Shown here: positions 18,108 to 25,498 of the stretch, in pieces | Layout: each line of letters begins with the position of its first letter | How positions within the stretch are numbered: the stretch's first letter is position 1 | Assembly: GCA_035295985.1 (NCBI GenBank) | Contig: DATHBT010000004.1 | Location: 4,170 to 68,169 of the forward strand | Direction of reading: 5' to 3' | Length of the DNA: 64,000 nucleotides | Origin: Pyrinomonadaceae bacterium | GTDB lineage: Bacteria > Acidobacteriota > Blastocatellia > Pyrinomonadales > Pyrinomonadaceae | Translations under genes and position numbers: made by a program | Notes under the pieces: model-generated | What the model was told of the DNA's origin: nothing | The model's input: only the letters and a program-made list of their open reading frames with translations | The model's database searches: none

Positions 18108-19448
18108 CTCACTCTTGTCTATGGGGATAGTGAAGGAGAAGGTCGAGCCTTTGCCCTCCTGCGAGTCAACCTTGATTTGGCCGCCGTGGAGTTCGACGAG
18201 CTGGCGGGTGATGTAGAGGCCGAGGCCCGTGCCCTTCTCGCTGCGGGTGGCGCGCGAGCGGGCCTGCTCGTACTTGTCGAAGAGGCGCGGGATGTCCGCG
18301 GCGGGGATGCCGACGCCGGTGTCGGAGACGGAGAAGCGCAAGTGTTCGCCCTCCTCCGCCGCGCGGAGGGTTACGCGCCCCTCGCGCGGCGTGAACTTCA
18401 GCGCGTTCGAGACGAGGTTGACGAGGACGCGCCGGAGCTTCTGGCGGTCGGCGCGCACCGCGGGCAGTTCGTCCGAGACGCCGAGTTCGAGCGCGATGCT
18501 TTTCTCCTCGGCGAGAGGGCGCATCGACTCGTAAACCTCGCCGGCCACGGCGGCCGGCCCGACCGAGCCGAGTTCCAGCTTGAGCGAGCCGGACTCGATC
18601 TTGGCCGAGTCCAGCAGGTCGTTGACCAGCTCGATGAGGTTGTGCGTGTTGCGCTCCATCATCGAGACCATGTTCTTCTGCTCCGGCGTCAGCTCGCCGA
18701 GCCGGCCCGACGAGAAGAAGCTGATGACGCCGCTGATGACCGTGAGCGGCGAGCGCAGGTCGTGCGTCGTGACGGCGAGGAACTCTTCCTTAAGTTCGCC
18801 CACCTCGCGCAGCTTCGCGTTGGCCTTTTCGAGTTCGCGGTTCGACCGCTCAAGCTCCTCGTTCAGCCGCTCCAACTCCTCGCGCTTCTCTTCGAGTTCG
18901 TTGAGGACGGCGACGAGGTCGCGGTTCTGCTGCGCCAGCTCCTCGACGGCCGACTCCTCGTCCGTCTCGGCGAACCGCTCGCGCAACTCCTCGACGCGCT
19001 CGCGCGCGCCCGCCGCGACCGCCGGCGGCAGCCACTTGACGACCGTGACGCGCGTGCCGCCGCCCTCGCGCGACTCGATCTGGAAGTCGTCCATCAGGCG
19101 GCGCGTGCCGGCGAGGCCGACGCCGAGGCCGTGCGGCGACTGGAAGCGCCCGGACATGATGTCGGCGACGGTGCGCTCGCCGATCCCCGGGCCGTCGTCG
19201 CGCGCGGTGATCTGCAGGCCCGTCGCGGCGGGGCCGAATTGCGCGACGGCCAGCGTGATCGCCCCGGAGCGCGCGTACTCGTAGATGTTGCGGGTGAGTT
19301 CGGAGACTGCCGTCGTGATCTTGATCTGCGTCGTCTGGTCGAAGCCCATCTCGCGCGCGAGCCGCCGCACGCGGTCGCGCACCTTGACGATGTCCGACTC
19401 GCGCCGCACGTAGATGTCGCCGAGCCTCGTTGTCTGGATAGCATCCAT
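18102..19448 (-). CDS. histidine kinase with an N-terminal RsbT/RsbW-like GHKL serine-kinase domain (RsbT-like::coiled-coil::HisKA::HATPase)
   Basis: ATG at 19448 is preferred; the ORF track uses TTG at 19460. The N-terminal 140 aa (MDAIQTTRLGDIYV...TTAVSELTRNIYEYA...DDGPGIG...GLGVGLAGTRRLMDDFQIESREGGGTRVTVVKWL) parallels RsbT. A Glu/Leu-rich coiled coil follows, then the H-box TTHDLRSPL and the G-boxes DTGVGI / GTGLGLYI. Confidence 0.85.
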   Translation of the reverse strand: MDAIQTTRLGDIYVRRESDIVKVRDRVRRLAREMGFDQTTQIKITTAVSELTRNIYEYARSGAITLAVAQFGPAATGLQITARDDGPGIGERTVADIMSGRFQSPHGLGVGLAGTRRLMDDFQIESREGGGTRVTVVKWLPPAVAAGARERVEELRERFAETDEESAVEELAQQNRDLVAVLNELEEKREELERLNEELERSNRELEKANAKLREVGELKEEFLAVTTHDLRSPLTVISGVISFFSSGRLGELTPEQKNMVSMMERNTHNLIELVNDLLDSAKIESGSLKLELGSVGPAAVAGEVYESMRPLAEEKSIALELGVSDELPAVRADRQKLRRVLVNLVSNALKFTPREGRVTLRAAEEGEHLRFSVSDTGVGIPAADIPRLFDKYEQARSRATRSEKGTGLGLYITRQLVELHGGQIKVDSQEGKGSTFSFTIPIDKSEE

Positions 19449-19463
19449 CGTTAAGAACAAAGC

Positions 19464-19584
19464 AGTCCGTCGTCCGTGGTCAGTTGTCCGTTGTATCCGC
19501 TTCGCCAGCTCGCCGCCCGCGGATTAAGGATCGAGTTACGCAAGCTCAAACGACTGACAACGGACTACGGACAACTGACGGCCT
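19464..19584. repeat. degenerate heptamer-arm inverted repeat (NGTCCGT / ACGGACN units)
   Basis: The left arm is AGTCCGT CGTCCGT GGTCAGT TGTCCGT TGTATCC (19464-19498). The right arm is ACGACTG ACAACGG ACTACGG ACAACTG ACGGCCT (19550-19584). The best stem is 19481-19494 with 19564-19577, 14 bp with 1 mismatch. Alternative registers are possible. Confidence 0.6.
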
Positions 19585-20636
19585 TACGGCCTTGCTACCA
19601 GGATCGTGGCGTCGTCCGAGCCGCGGCTGTAGTCGCGCAGGAGGACGCCGGCAATAAGTTGCGGACTCTTCTGGAGCAGCCCGGGGTAGTCGCCCATGTC
19701 CCAGGACGCGCTCAGGCCGTCGGAGGCGAGCACAACCGTCGCGCCCTCGCCCCAGCGCGACTGCCAGACGCGCAGCTTGCCGAGCCGCGCGCCGAGCGTG
19801 CCGTTGGCCGAGACGGGGCGGATCGGCTCAGGCGAGTTGAAGACGCGCACCTCGACGTTGCCCACGCCCGCATAGTAGAAAGCCTCGCGGCGCGTGTCCA
19901 CCACGCACGCGCCCATCACCGCGCCGCGGGTGGAGCGCAGCCGGTCGTGCGTCTTCAGGAAGAGGGTGTCGAGTCCCTCCCCCTGCCACTCCGAGAGCAC
20001 TTCGAGCGCGCCGCGCGCGGCCTCCTGCGCGCCGTGGCCGTGGCCGAGGCCGTCGATGACGGCGAGCAGGGTCGCGCCCGCGCGGCGGCGGACGAAGTAG
20101 GCGTCGCCGTTGGCGGTCTCGCCCGGTCGCGGCCGGCTCCACGCGCCGTAGCGGCGCGTGGTGGCCGCGTGGTGCTGCTCCAACCGCGCGGCCTCGACCC
20201 ACTTGCGGCAGAGCAGGGCCGTGCCGTGCGTCGTGCGGCGCAAGCCGGCGGAGACGCCGCGCGGGCGCGGCGCGGGCACGGACGAGTAGAAGTCGAACTC
20301 GTGCATCAGGCGGCGGATCGCGCCCAGGCCCGCGCCGAGGCTCCCGCCCGTGGTGACGCCGTCGCGCACGGCGCGGTCGATGTCGGGGATGCCGGGGCCT
20401 TTGTCGCAGTAGAAGAGTTCGAGGCCGGGTTCTGCGCCGAGCGGCGCGGCGAAGTGAACCCATCCGCCGCCCGTCGCGTAGCGGACGGCGTTGGTGCCGA
20501 TCTCCTGTACGACGATGTCGATCTCGGCCAGCTCGCGCTCGGTGAAGCCGACGCGCTTGGCGAAACTGTGCACGGCCCGCCGCGCCGCGCCCACCTGCGC
20601 GTCGTCCGCCACCTCCATCGACTGGATCGAACGCAT
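19584..20636 (-). CDS. ATP-binding SpoIIE/PP2C family protein phosphatase (RsbT/RsbW-like kinase domain fused to PP2C)
   Basis: The N-terminus VVQEIGTNAVRYA...CDKGPGIPDIDRAVRDGVTTGGSLGAGLGAIRRLMHEFDFYS is a GHKL serine-kinase-like domain. The C-terminal half, with NGDAYFV...LLAVIDGLGHGHGAQEAA...VLASDGL, is a PP2C/SpoIIE phosphatase. Confidence 0.85.
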   Translation of the reverse strand: MRSIQSMEVADDAQVGAARRAVHSFAKRVGFTERELAEIDIVVQEIGTNAVRYATGGGWVHFAAPLGAEPGLELFYCDKGPGIPDIDRAVRDGVTTGGSLGAGLGAIRRLMHEFDFYSSVPAPRPRGVSAGLRRTTHGTALLCRKWVEAARLEQHHAATTRRYGAWSRPRPGETANGDAYFVRRRAGATLLAVIDGLGHGHGAQEAARGALEVLSEWQGEGLDTLFLKTHDRLRSTRGAVMGACVVDTRREAFYYAGVGNVEVRVFNSPEPIRPVSANGTLGARLGKLRVWQSRWGEGATVVLASDGLSASWDMGDYPGLLQKSPQLIAGVLLRDYSRGSDDATILVARP

Positions 20637-20643
20637 GAAAGAA

Positions 20644-20722
20644 ATGATGAATGCGGAATGATGAATGATGAATCAAAAACGGCGGCGGATTTGATCTTCA
20701 TTCATCATTCCGCATTCATCAT
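20644..20722. repeat. heptamer-arm hairpin (ATGATGA / TCATCAT units), 28-bp stem
   Basis: ATGATGA ATGCGGA ATGATGA ATGATGA (20644-20671) pairs with TCTTCAT TCATCAT TCCGCAT TCATCAT (20695-20722) at 27 of 28 positions. The loop is 23 nt. The element fills the rsbT stop / PP2C-fusion start gap. Confidence 0.88.
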
Positions 20723-20736
20723 TCGTCGTTTGCTGC

Positions 20737-21135
20737 TCACAGCCACCGGATGATGGTGACGCGCGTGCCGCGGCCCACCTCCGACTCGATGCTGAACTCG
20801 TCAACGAGGCGCTTCGAGCCGGGCAGCCCCTTGCCGAGGCCGCGGTCGGTGGTGAAGCCGTCGCGCATGGCGGCGTCGATGTCCGGGATGCCGGGGCCTT
20901 TGTCCTCGAAGATGAGGCGGATGCCGGCGCGCCCCTGCGGCCCGCTCGTCGGCTGCGCGATCAGCCGGCCGCGCTTGGCGTACTTGAGGATGTTGCGCGC
21001 CAGCTCGGAGGTGACGGTGGCGAGCCGCGTCTGGTCGAGCAGGCGGAAGCCGACGGCCGCGGCCAGCGCGCGCACCTCGCTGCGCGCCGCCACCATGTCC
21101 TGCTCGGACTCAAGGGTGATTGACCGCGTGTCCAA
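20737..21135 (-). CDS. rsbT: anti-sigma regulatory factor-type serine/threonine kinase, RsbT-like
   Basis: 132 aa with a TTG start that overlaps rsbS by 26 nt. Motifs are SELARNILKYA, FEDKGPGIPDIDAAMRDGFTT and GLGKGLPGSKRLVDEFSIESEVGRGTRVTIIRW. Confidence 0.85.
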   Translation of the reverse strand: MDTRSITLESEQDMVAARSEVRALAAAVGFRLLDQTRLATVTSELARNILKYAKRGRLIAQPTSGPQGRAGIRLIFEDKGPGIPDIDAAMRDGFTTDRGLGKGLPGSKRLVDEFSIESEVGRGTRVTIIRWL

Positions 21136-21547
21136 AACCGCTTAACCCCCCCGGTGCGTCCTCTTCGTCGCAGTTCTCGTCGATGCCGAACTCGTCGCGC
21201 AGCAGCCTGATCCCTTCGTCCACGTTGAGCACGGTCGAGACGCCGTTCAACTCCAGCCCCAGCTCGACGAGCGTGATGGCGACGGCCGGCTGGATGCCGA
21301 CGACCACGGTGCGCGCGTCCATGATGCGCGCCATCGCGGCGATGTCGGAGAGCATCCGGCCGATGAAGGAGTCCACCATCTCCAAGAGCGAGATGTCGAT
21401 GAGCACGCCGCGCGCGCGGGTGCGCTCTAATTCGGAGAGGATACGCTCCTGCAGGTGGACTACGGTGTGATCGTCCATGTCCGTCTGGATCGGGACGATC
21501 AGCACGCGGCCCACCTTCAGGATCGGGATGCGCTGTAAGCCGTTCAT
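21110..21547 (-). CDS. rsbS: STAS-domain stressosome scaffold protein, RsbS-like
   Basis: 145 aa forming a single STAS domain: IPILKVGRVLIVPIQTDMDDHTVVHLQERILSELERTRARGVLIDISLLEMVDSFIGRMLSDIAAMARIMDARTVVVGIQPAVAITLVELGL. Confidence 0.85.
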   Translation of the reverse strand: MNGLQRIPILKVGRVLIVPIQTDMDDHTVVHLQERILSELERTRARGVLIDISLLEMVDSFIGRMLSDIAAMARIMDARTVVVGIQPAVAITLVELGLELNGVSTVLNVDEGIRLLRDEFGIDENCDEEDAPGGLSGFGHAVNHP

Positions 21548-21555
21548 AACTTTAA

Positions 21556-21648
21556 AAGAAGCTGTTAGCTGTTAGCGATTAGCTGTTAGCCAGAAAAAAG
21601 CATTCCTTGTTTTGCTAACAGCTAACGGCTGACGGCTAATGGCTTTCT
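21556..21648. repeat. heptamer-arm hairpin, TGTTAGC family, copy C
   Basis: AAGAAGC TGTTAGC TGTTAGC GATTAGC TGTTAGC (21556-21590) faces GCTAACA GCTAACG GCTGACG GCTAATG GCTTTCT (21614-21648). The arms pair in register with mismatches and G-U wobbles. The loop is 23 nt. The element lies between the rsbR stop and the rsbS start. Confidence 0.8.
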
Positions 21649-22630
21649 ACTTTCCGTTCTCCGGGCCGGGGGCCGGCGCGTGCGCCTCGATTGGCTTGAG
21701 GCCGTTGGCGGCCGTCCCGTTCAGGTGGCGGAGTTGCGCGAGCGTCTGGGCGGGGACGATGGCGCGGCCGACGAGTTCGAGCGCGAGGCGGATGCCGTCG
21801 GACATCTGCGCGCGCGTGGTGATCTGCGAGAGGTCGATGCCGAGCTGCACCATCGTCTGCGCGATGGCGGGGGAGACGCCGGTCAGCACGCAGCGCGCGC
21901 CCATCAGGCGGGCCGCCGTGACGGTCTTGATCAGGTGGTTGGCGACGAGCGTGTCCATCGTGCGGACGCCCGTGATGTCGAGGATCGCGACCGTCGATCC
22001 GGTCTCGACGATGCGCTGGAGCAGCGCCTCCATCATCAGTTGGGCGCGGCGCGAGTCGAGAGTGCCGATGATCGGGAGCGAGAGTATCTTGTCCCAGACC
22101 TTGATGACGGGGGTGGACAGCTCCATCATGTCGGCCCGCTGCTGGCGGATGGTCTCCTCGCGCGAGCGGATGTAGTTCTCGATCATGACGAGCGCCATCT
22201 TGTCGATCATGGTGGCGAGGTGGCCGAGCAGCGAGGCGAGGCGGAAGGAGTCTTCCGACTGGTACTCCTCGACGAGCATGGGCCGCACGGAGTTGCGCAG
22301 CGAGATGACGTAGGTCGCGTTCTCGACCGGCGTGTAGCCCTTCACGGCCCGCAGGTGCGAAATCTCGTTGAGGAAGCGGCGCAGCTCGTCGAAGGCCGGG
22401 TGCTCGAACGCCTCGCCGCCTGAATCGCGCACGGCCTCGGTGAACAGCTCCAGCAGGTTGCGCGACTGCTGGCGCAACTCCTTCTTCGAGATCAGCTCGT
22501 CGCGGAACTCGTCCGACTCAAGCCTGTCCTTGATCCAGAGGTTGAGGATTTCGTCGCGGCGCGCGGCCAGGAGTGTGCTGATGCGCTCCGCGTCCTGCTG
22601 GGCTTGCGTCGTTGCGCCGGTGTCTGCCAT
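21647..22630 (-). CDS. rsbR: RsbR-like stressosome sensor (N-terminal helical sensor domain plus C-terminal STAS)
   Basis: 327 aa. The C-terminal segment STPVIKVWDKILSLPIIGTLDSRRAQLMMEALLQRIVETGSTVAILDITGVRTMDTLVANHLIKTVTAARLMGARCVLTGVSPAIAQTMVQLGIDL is a typical RsbR STAS domain. A GAGGGG SD precedes the ATG at 22630. Confidence 0.82.
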   Translation of the reverse strand: MADTGATTQAQQDAERISTLLAARRDEILNLWIKDRLESDEFRDELISKKELRQQSRNLLELFTEAVRDSGGEAFEHPAFDELRRFLNEISHLRAVKGYTPVENATYVISLRNSVRPMLVEEYQSEDSFRLASLLGHLATMIDKMALVMIENYIRSREETIRQQRADMMELSTPVIKVWDKILSLPIIGTLDSRRAQLMMEALLQRIVETGSTVAILDITGVRTMDTLVANHLIKTVTAARLMGARCVLTGVSPAIAQTMVQLGIDLSQITTRAQMSDGIRLALELVGRAIVPAQTLAQLRHLNGTAANGLKPIEAHAPAPGPENGK

Positions 22631-22955
22631 GTGAGTCCCCTCGCGTCTTGCGGCCGGCGGGGCGGTGCTCGCGCGCCTGCTGTGGACGTGCGGCGGCGCC
22701 CCTCGCTCTCAAATTTTTGGGAGATTGGAAACCGGACTATCTTAGGCACCGCGGCGGGGAAAAGCAACCGGCGTCCGCGCCCGGGTGGTGGGGTATTAGT
22801 GTGTTGCCGGCTAAAAGGTTGGTTTCCCTGCCTGTCGGCTTGCTGAGATCCCGCTGCCACAGAGGGAGGTATGCGTTCGCGCTGAAAGAGGAACACTTGG
22901 AGGCGCTGCGCGATCTCGCCAGCCGCGCGGCACCGTGACAGGGCGGCGGAAGGAT

Positions 22956-23207
22956 TCAGGCAGGTTCCTTGAGATGCTGGCGGAACTCCCGGAGGTCGGC
23001 GCGCAGCTCGCGGGCGTCGGCGCGCGCCTCCAGCGCGATGCTCTCGACGCGGTCCAGCCGTATTTCTATGCGCTCCAGCCTCTCTTCCACCGAGGAGAAT
23101 CTTTTGTCGACGTCGGCGGCGAGCTTCCGTAACATCTCGGCGATCACGTTGACGCGCTCGAGGACTGTCTCGAGCATTGGCGTTGTCCGGGCATCATCGG
23201 CTCCCAT
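22956..23207 (-). CDS. small coiled-coil hypothetical protein
   Basis: 83-aa ORF with GC-rich third codon positions like neighbouring genes. It has a heptad-like pattern (VEERLERIEIRLDRVESIALEARADARELRADLREF). I recognise no family, and the start is uncertain. Confidence 0.4.
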   Translation of the reverse strand: MGADDARTTPMLETVLERVNVIAEMLRKLAADVDKRFSSVEERLERIEIRLDRVESIALEARADARELRADLREFRQHLKEPA

Positions 23208-23371
23208 CTTCGTCTGACCTCCATCAGAAAAGCGGGGCTATATATTATGCAGCCTGCACAACGCATTCTACAGCCGGTTGAGTGCGGATTACTAGCCGGC
23301 TATTACAATGTCCGGCGGGGGGTTGGCTGGCTATACCCGCGCCCGGCGTGAGGCGGGGCGTGAGGGCGCGG

Positions 23372-23416
23372 TAAAAAAACGGATCGGGCGCGACGCCACG
23401 CGTCGCGCCCGATCCG
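23372..23416 (-). terminator. Rho-independent terminator of the 23435-23902 gene
   Basis: CGGATCGGGCGCGACG (23380-23395) pairs with CGTCGCGCCCGATCCG (23401-23416) as a perfect 16-bp stem. On the minus strand it is followed by TTTTTTT (complement of 23373-23379). Confidence 0.8.
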
Positions 23417-23434
23417 GCGGACTCGCGCGGCGCG

Positions 23435-23902
23435 CTACTGAATCTTCGAGAGCGTAACGACGACGAGCGGGGCGTCGCCGGCCGTGCGGCTGTAGGAGAG
23501 CCAGAAGCCGGCCTTCGGGTAGCGTTCCAGCTTGTGGATGGAGCCGTCGGGCTTGGCCTCGGCGTCGCTGCCGAAGATGCTCTTCGGGTTAGGTGCGCCC
23601 GCCCCGCCGTCGAGGTAGGTGACGACGACGGCGGAGACCTTCTTGTCCGCGCCGTAATAGACCTGCACGCTCTGCTTGTCGTTGACGGAGTAGAAGTCCT
23701 GCGTGTCGCCCTTGTCGGTCGGGTCGCCGAGCTTGGCGCGGGCCTCTTCGGCCGTCATGCCTATGTGGACGCCCTTGTAGTCGCGGTAGGCGGGCTGCTT
23801 GGCGTCGTCCTGCGCGGCGGCGGGGAGCGCGGCGAGGCAGAGGGCGAGCGCGGCGAGCGCCGCTAAGGCGCGCGGCAAAGAGAGTTGACTGACGTGCTGC
23901 AT
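23435..23902 (-). CDS. secreted hypothetical protein
   Basis: 155-aa ORF with the signal peptide LPRALAALAALALCLAALPAAAQ. It has its own terminator. I recognise no family. Confidence 0.6.
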   Translation of the reverse strand: MQHVSQLSLPRALAALAALALCLAALPAAAQDDAKQPAYRDYKGVHIGMTAEEARAKLGDPTDKGDTQDFYSVNDKQSVQVYYGADKKVSAVVVTYLDGGAGAPNPKSIFGSDAEAKPDGSIHKLERYPKAGFWLSYSRTAGDAPLVVVTLSKIQ

Positions 23903-24117
23903 TGTGGGCTGGCTCCTTTCTCGGACGGCGGCGCGGGATCAGAACGATCCCGCCCTAGGTGTTTCCGGGTCGTCGCGAAAGAGGATGCGGGCTTCTCGGT
24001 TCGGGTCTGGACGGCAGCCGCTCCCTTGGACGGACGGCCCTGCTGGATGGGCGAAAGATTAGACCCGCGCGCGGCCGGCAGTCAATAGGGAAGAGGCGGC
24101 GTGGGCGGCGGGAGCGC

Positions 24118-25488
24118 TCAGGGGCGGCGGGCCGTCCAGCGCAGCGGCAGCCCCGCTTTGGGGCGCAGCGAGAGGTGCGGGAGGAGTTCGACAGGGGGAG
24201 CGCCGGGTTGGGGCGCGGGCCGCAGGGTTTGGAGCATGGTGGCCGCGACGAGCAGCATCTCCGTGAGGGCGAACTGGCGGCCGATGCAGACGCGCGGCCC
24301 TGCGCCGAAGGGGAAGTAGGCGTACTGCGGAATCTGTTCGGCGCGGGCCGTCGAGAAGCGCTCGGGGTCGAACCGTTCCGGGTCGGGGAACCAGCGCGGG
24401 TCGCGCTGCGTGACGAAGGAGAGCAGTTGGACGCGGTGGCCGCGCTTCAAACGGTAGCCGCCGATCTCGACCTCCTGAGTCGCTTCGCGCGTGAAGACGC
24501 CGAGGGCGGGCGGGTGAAGTCTCAGACTCTCTTTCAAGACCGCTTCGAGGTAGGGCATCTGTTTTAAGTCGGACGCCGACGGCAATCGACTTCCGAGCGC
24601 GTCAACTTCGGCGACCGCGCGCTCAAGAACTTCGGGGTGGCGCGCGAGGTTGTGCCAGAGCCATGTGAGTCCGGCGGCCGACGTGTCGTGGCCCGCGAGT
24701 AAGAGTGTGATGGCCTCGTCGCGCACCTGCTCGTCGGTCATCTGGCCGCCGTCGTGCTCGTGGTCGGCGGCTTCGAGGAGCATCGAGAGCAGGTCGCCGC
24801 GGTCGCCGTCCGTCGAGGCCCGCCGCTCGCGGATGATCTGTCGGACGGTTGTGTCGAGCAGATCGACGGCCGCCCACTTTCGCCGCACGCGCGCGAGCGG
24901 GACCCAGCGCGGGAGCGTGAAGGGCTCCTGGAACTCTTTGACGGCCTCGTCGGAGAGGACGGCGATGGCCTCGCCGAGGGGCGCGGTCTGACGGGAGATG
25001 TCCGCGCCGAACAAGGTCTCCGACGCGATGTTGAGAGTGAGCGCGGTCATCGCGTCGTTTACGTCAACGTCGAGGTGGCCCGCGCGCGTCGCGGCGGCGT
25101 GCCACCCGTCGCGGAGGCGCGCGGTGATGGCGACCATCGTCTCGCCGTGTTTGCGGACGCGGTCGTGGTGAAAGGCGGGCTGCATCAGCCGCCGCTGGCG
25201 CTGCCAGAACGCGCCTTCGCTCAGGACGAGGCCGTTGCCGTCCCACTGCGAGAGCACCTGGCGGGCGCGCTTGATCTTGACGAAGCGGTCGGCCTTCGCC
25301 GTGAGCACTTCTTTGATCTCGTCGGGGTGAAAAAAGAAGTACTGGACGTAAGGGCCGATGCGCACGCGCACCGCGTCGCCGTAAGTCTCGTGGAGGTTCG
25401 TGAAGAAGCCGAGCATGTCGCGGCGGAGGCGCGACACCTGATCGAGGCCGAGGAGGGCGGGGGAGGGGCCGGGGGCTTTGCGCGACAT
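24118..25488 (-). CDS. cytochrome P450
   Basis: 456 aa with the heme-binding loop FGAGPRVCIGRQFA, an ExxR motif (ESLRL) and the I-helix motif LLLAGHDTS. Confidence 0.92.
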   Translation of the reverse strand: MSRKAPGPSPALLGLDQVSRLRRDMLGFFTNLHETYGDAVRVRIGPYVQYFFFHPDEIKEVLTAKADRFVKIKRARQVLSQWDGNGLVLSEGAFWQRQRRLMQPAFHHDRVRKHGETMVAITARLRDGWHAAATRAGHLDVDVNDAMTALTLNIASETLFGADISRQTAPLGEAIAVLSDEAVKEFQEPFTLPRWVPLARVRRKWAAVDLLDTTVRQIIRERRASTDGDRGDLLSMLLEAADHEHDGGQMTDEQVRDEAITLLLAGHDTSAAGLTWLWHNLARHPEVLERAVAEVDALGSRLPSASDLKQMPYLEAVLKESLRLHPPALGVFTREATQEVEIGGYRLKRGHRVQLLSFVTQRDPRWFPDPERFDPERFSTARAEQIPQYAYFPFGAGPRVCIGRQFALTEMLLVAATMLQTLRPAPQPGAPPVELLPHLSLRPKAGLPLRWTARRP

Positions 25489-25498
25489 CTGAAAAAGT

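Noticed and set aside
16478-20753. Long + strand ORFs 16478-18022, 18177-19454 and 19476-20753
   Set aside because: They are antisense shadows of mpl, the histidine kinase and the PP2C fusion. Their translations are Arg/Ala/Gly/Asp-rich with no recognisable motifs, and they run straight through the intergenic hairpins.
15641-21648. Possibility that the tandem short repeats are a CRISPR array or its remnant
   Set aside because: The units are 7 nt and directly abutting, with no spacers. The arrays are inverted pairs forming hairpins. No cas genes are present.
18102-23207. Search for a SigB-type partner-switching output (RsbV, RsbW, sigma factor) or a response regulator next to the stressosome genes
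   Set aside because: None was found. The flanking genes are mpl on one side and, on the other, a small coiled-coil ORF plus a secreted hypothetical protein. The coiled-coil ORF has no STAS, HTH or receiver features.
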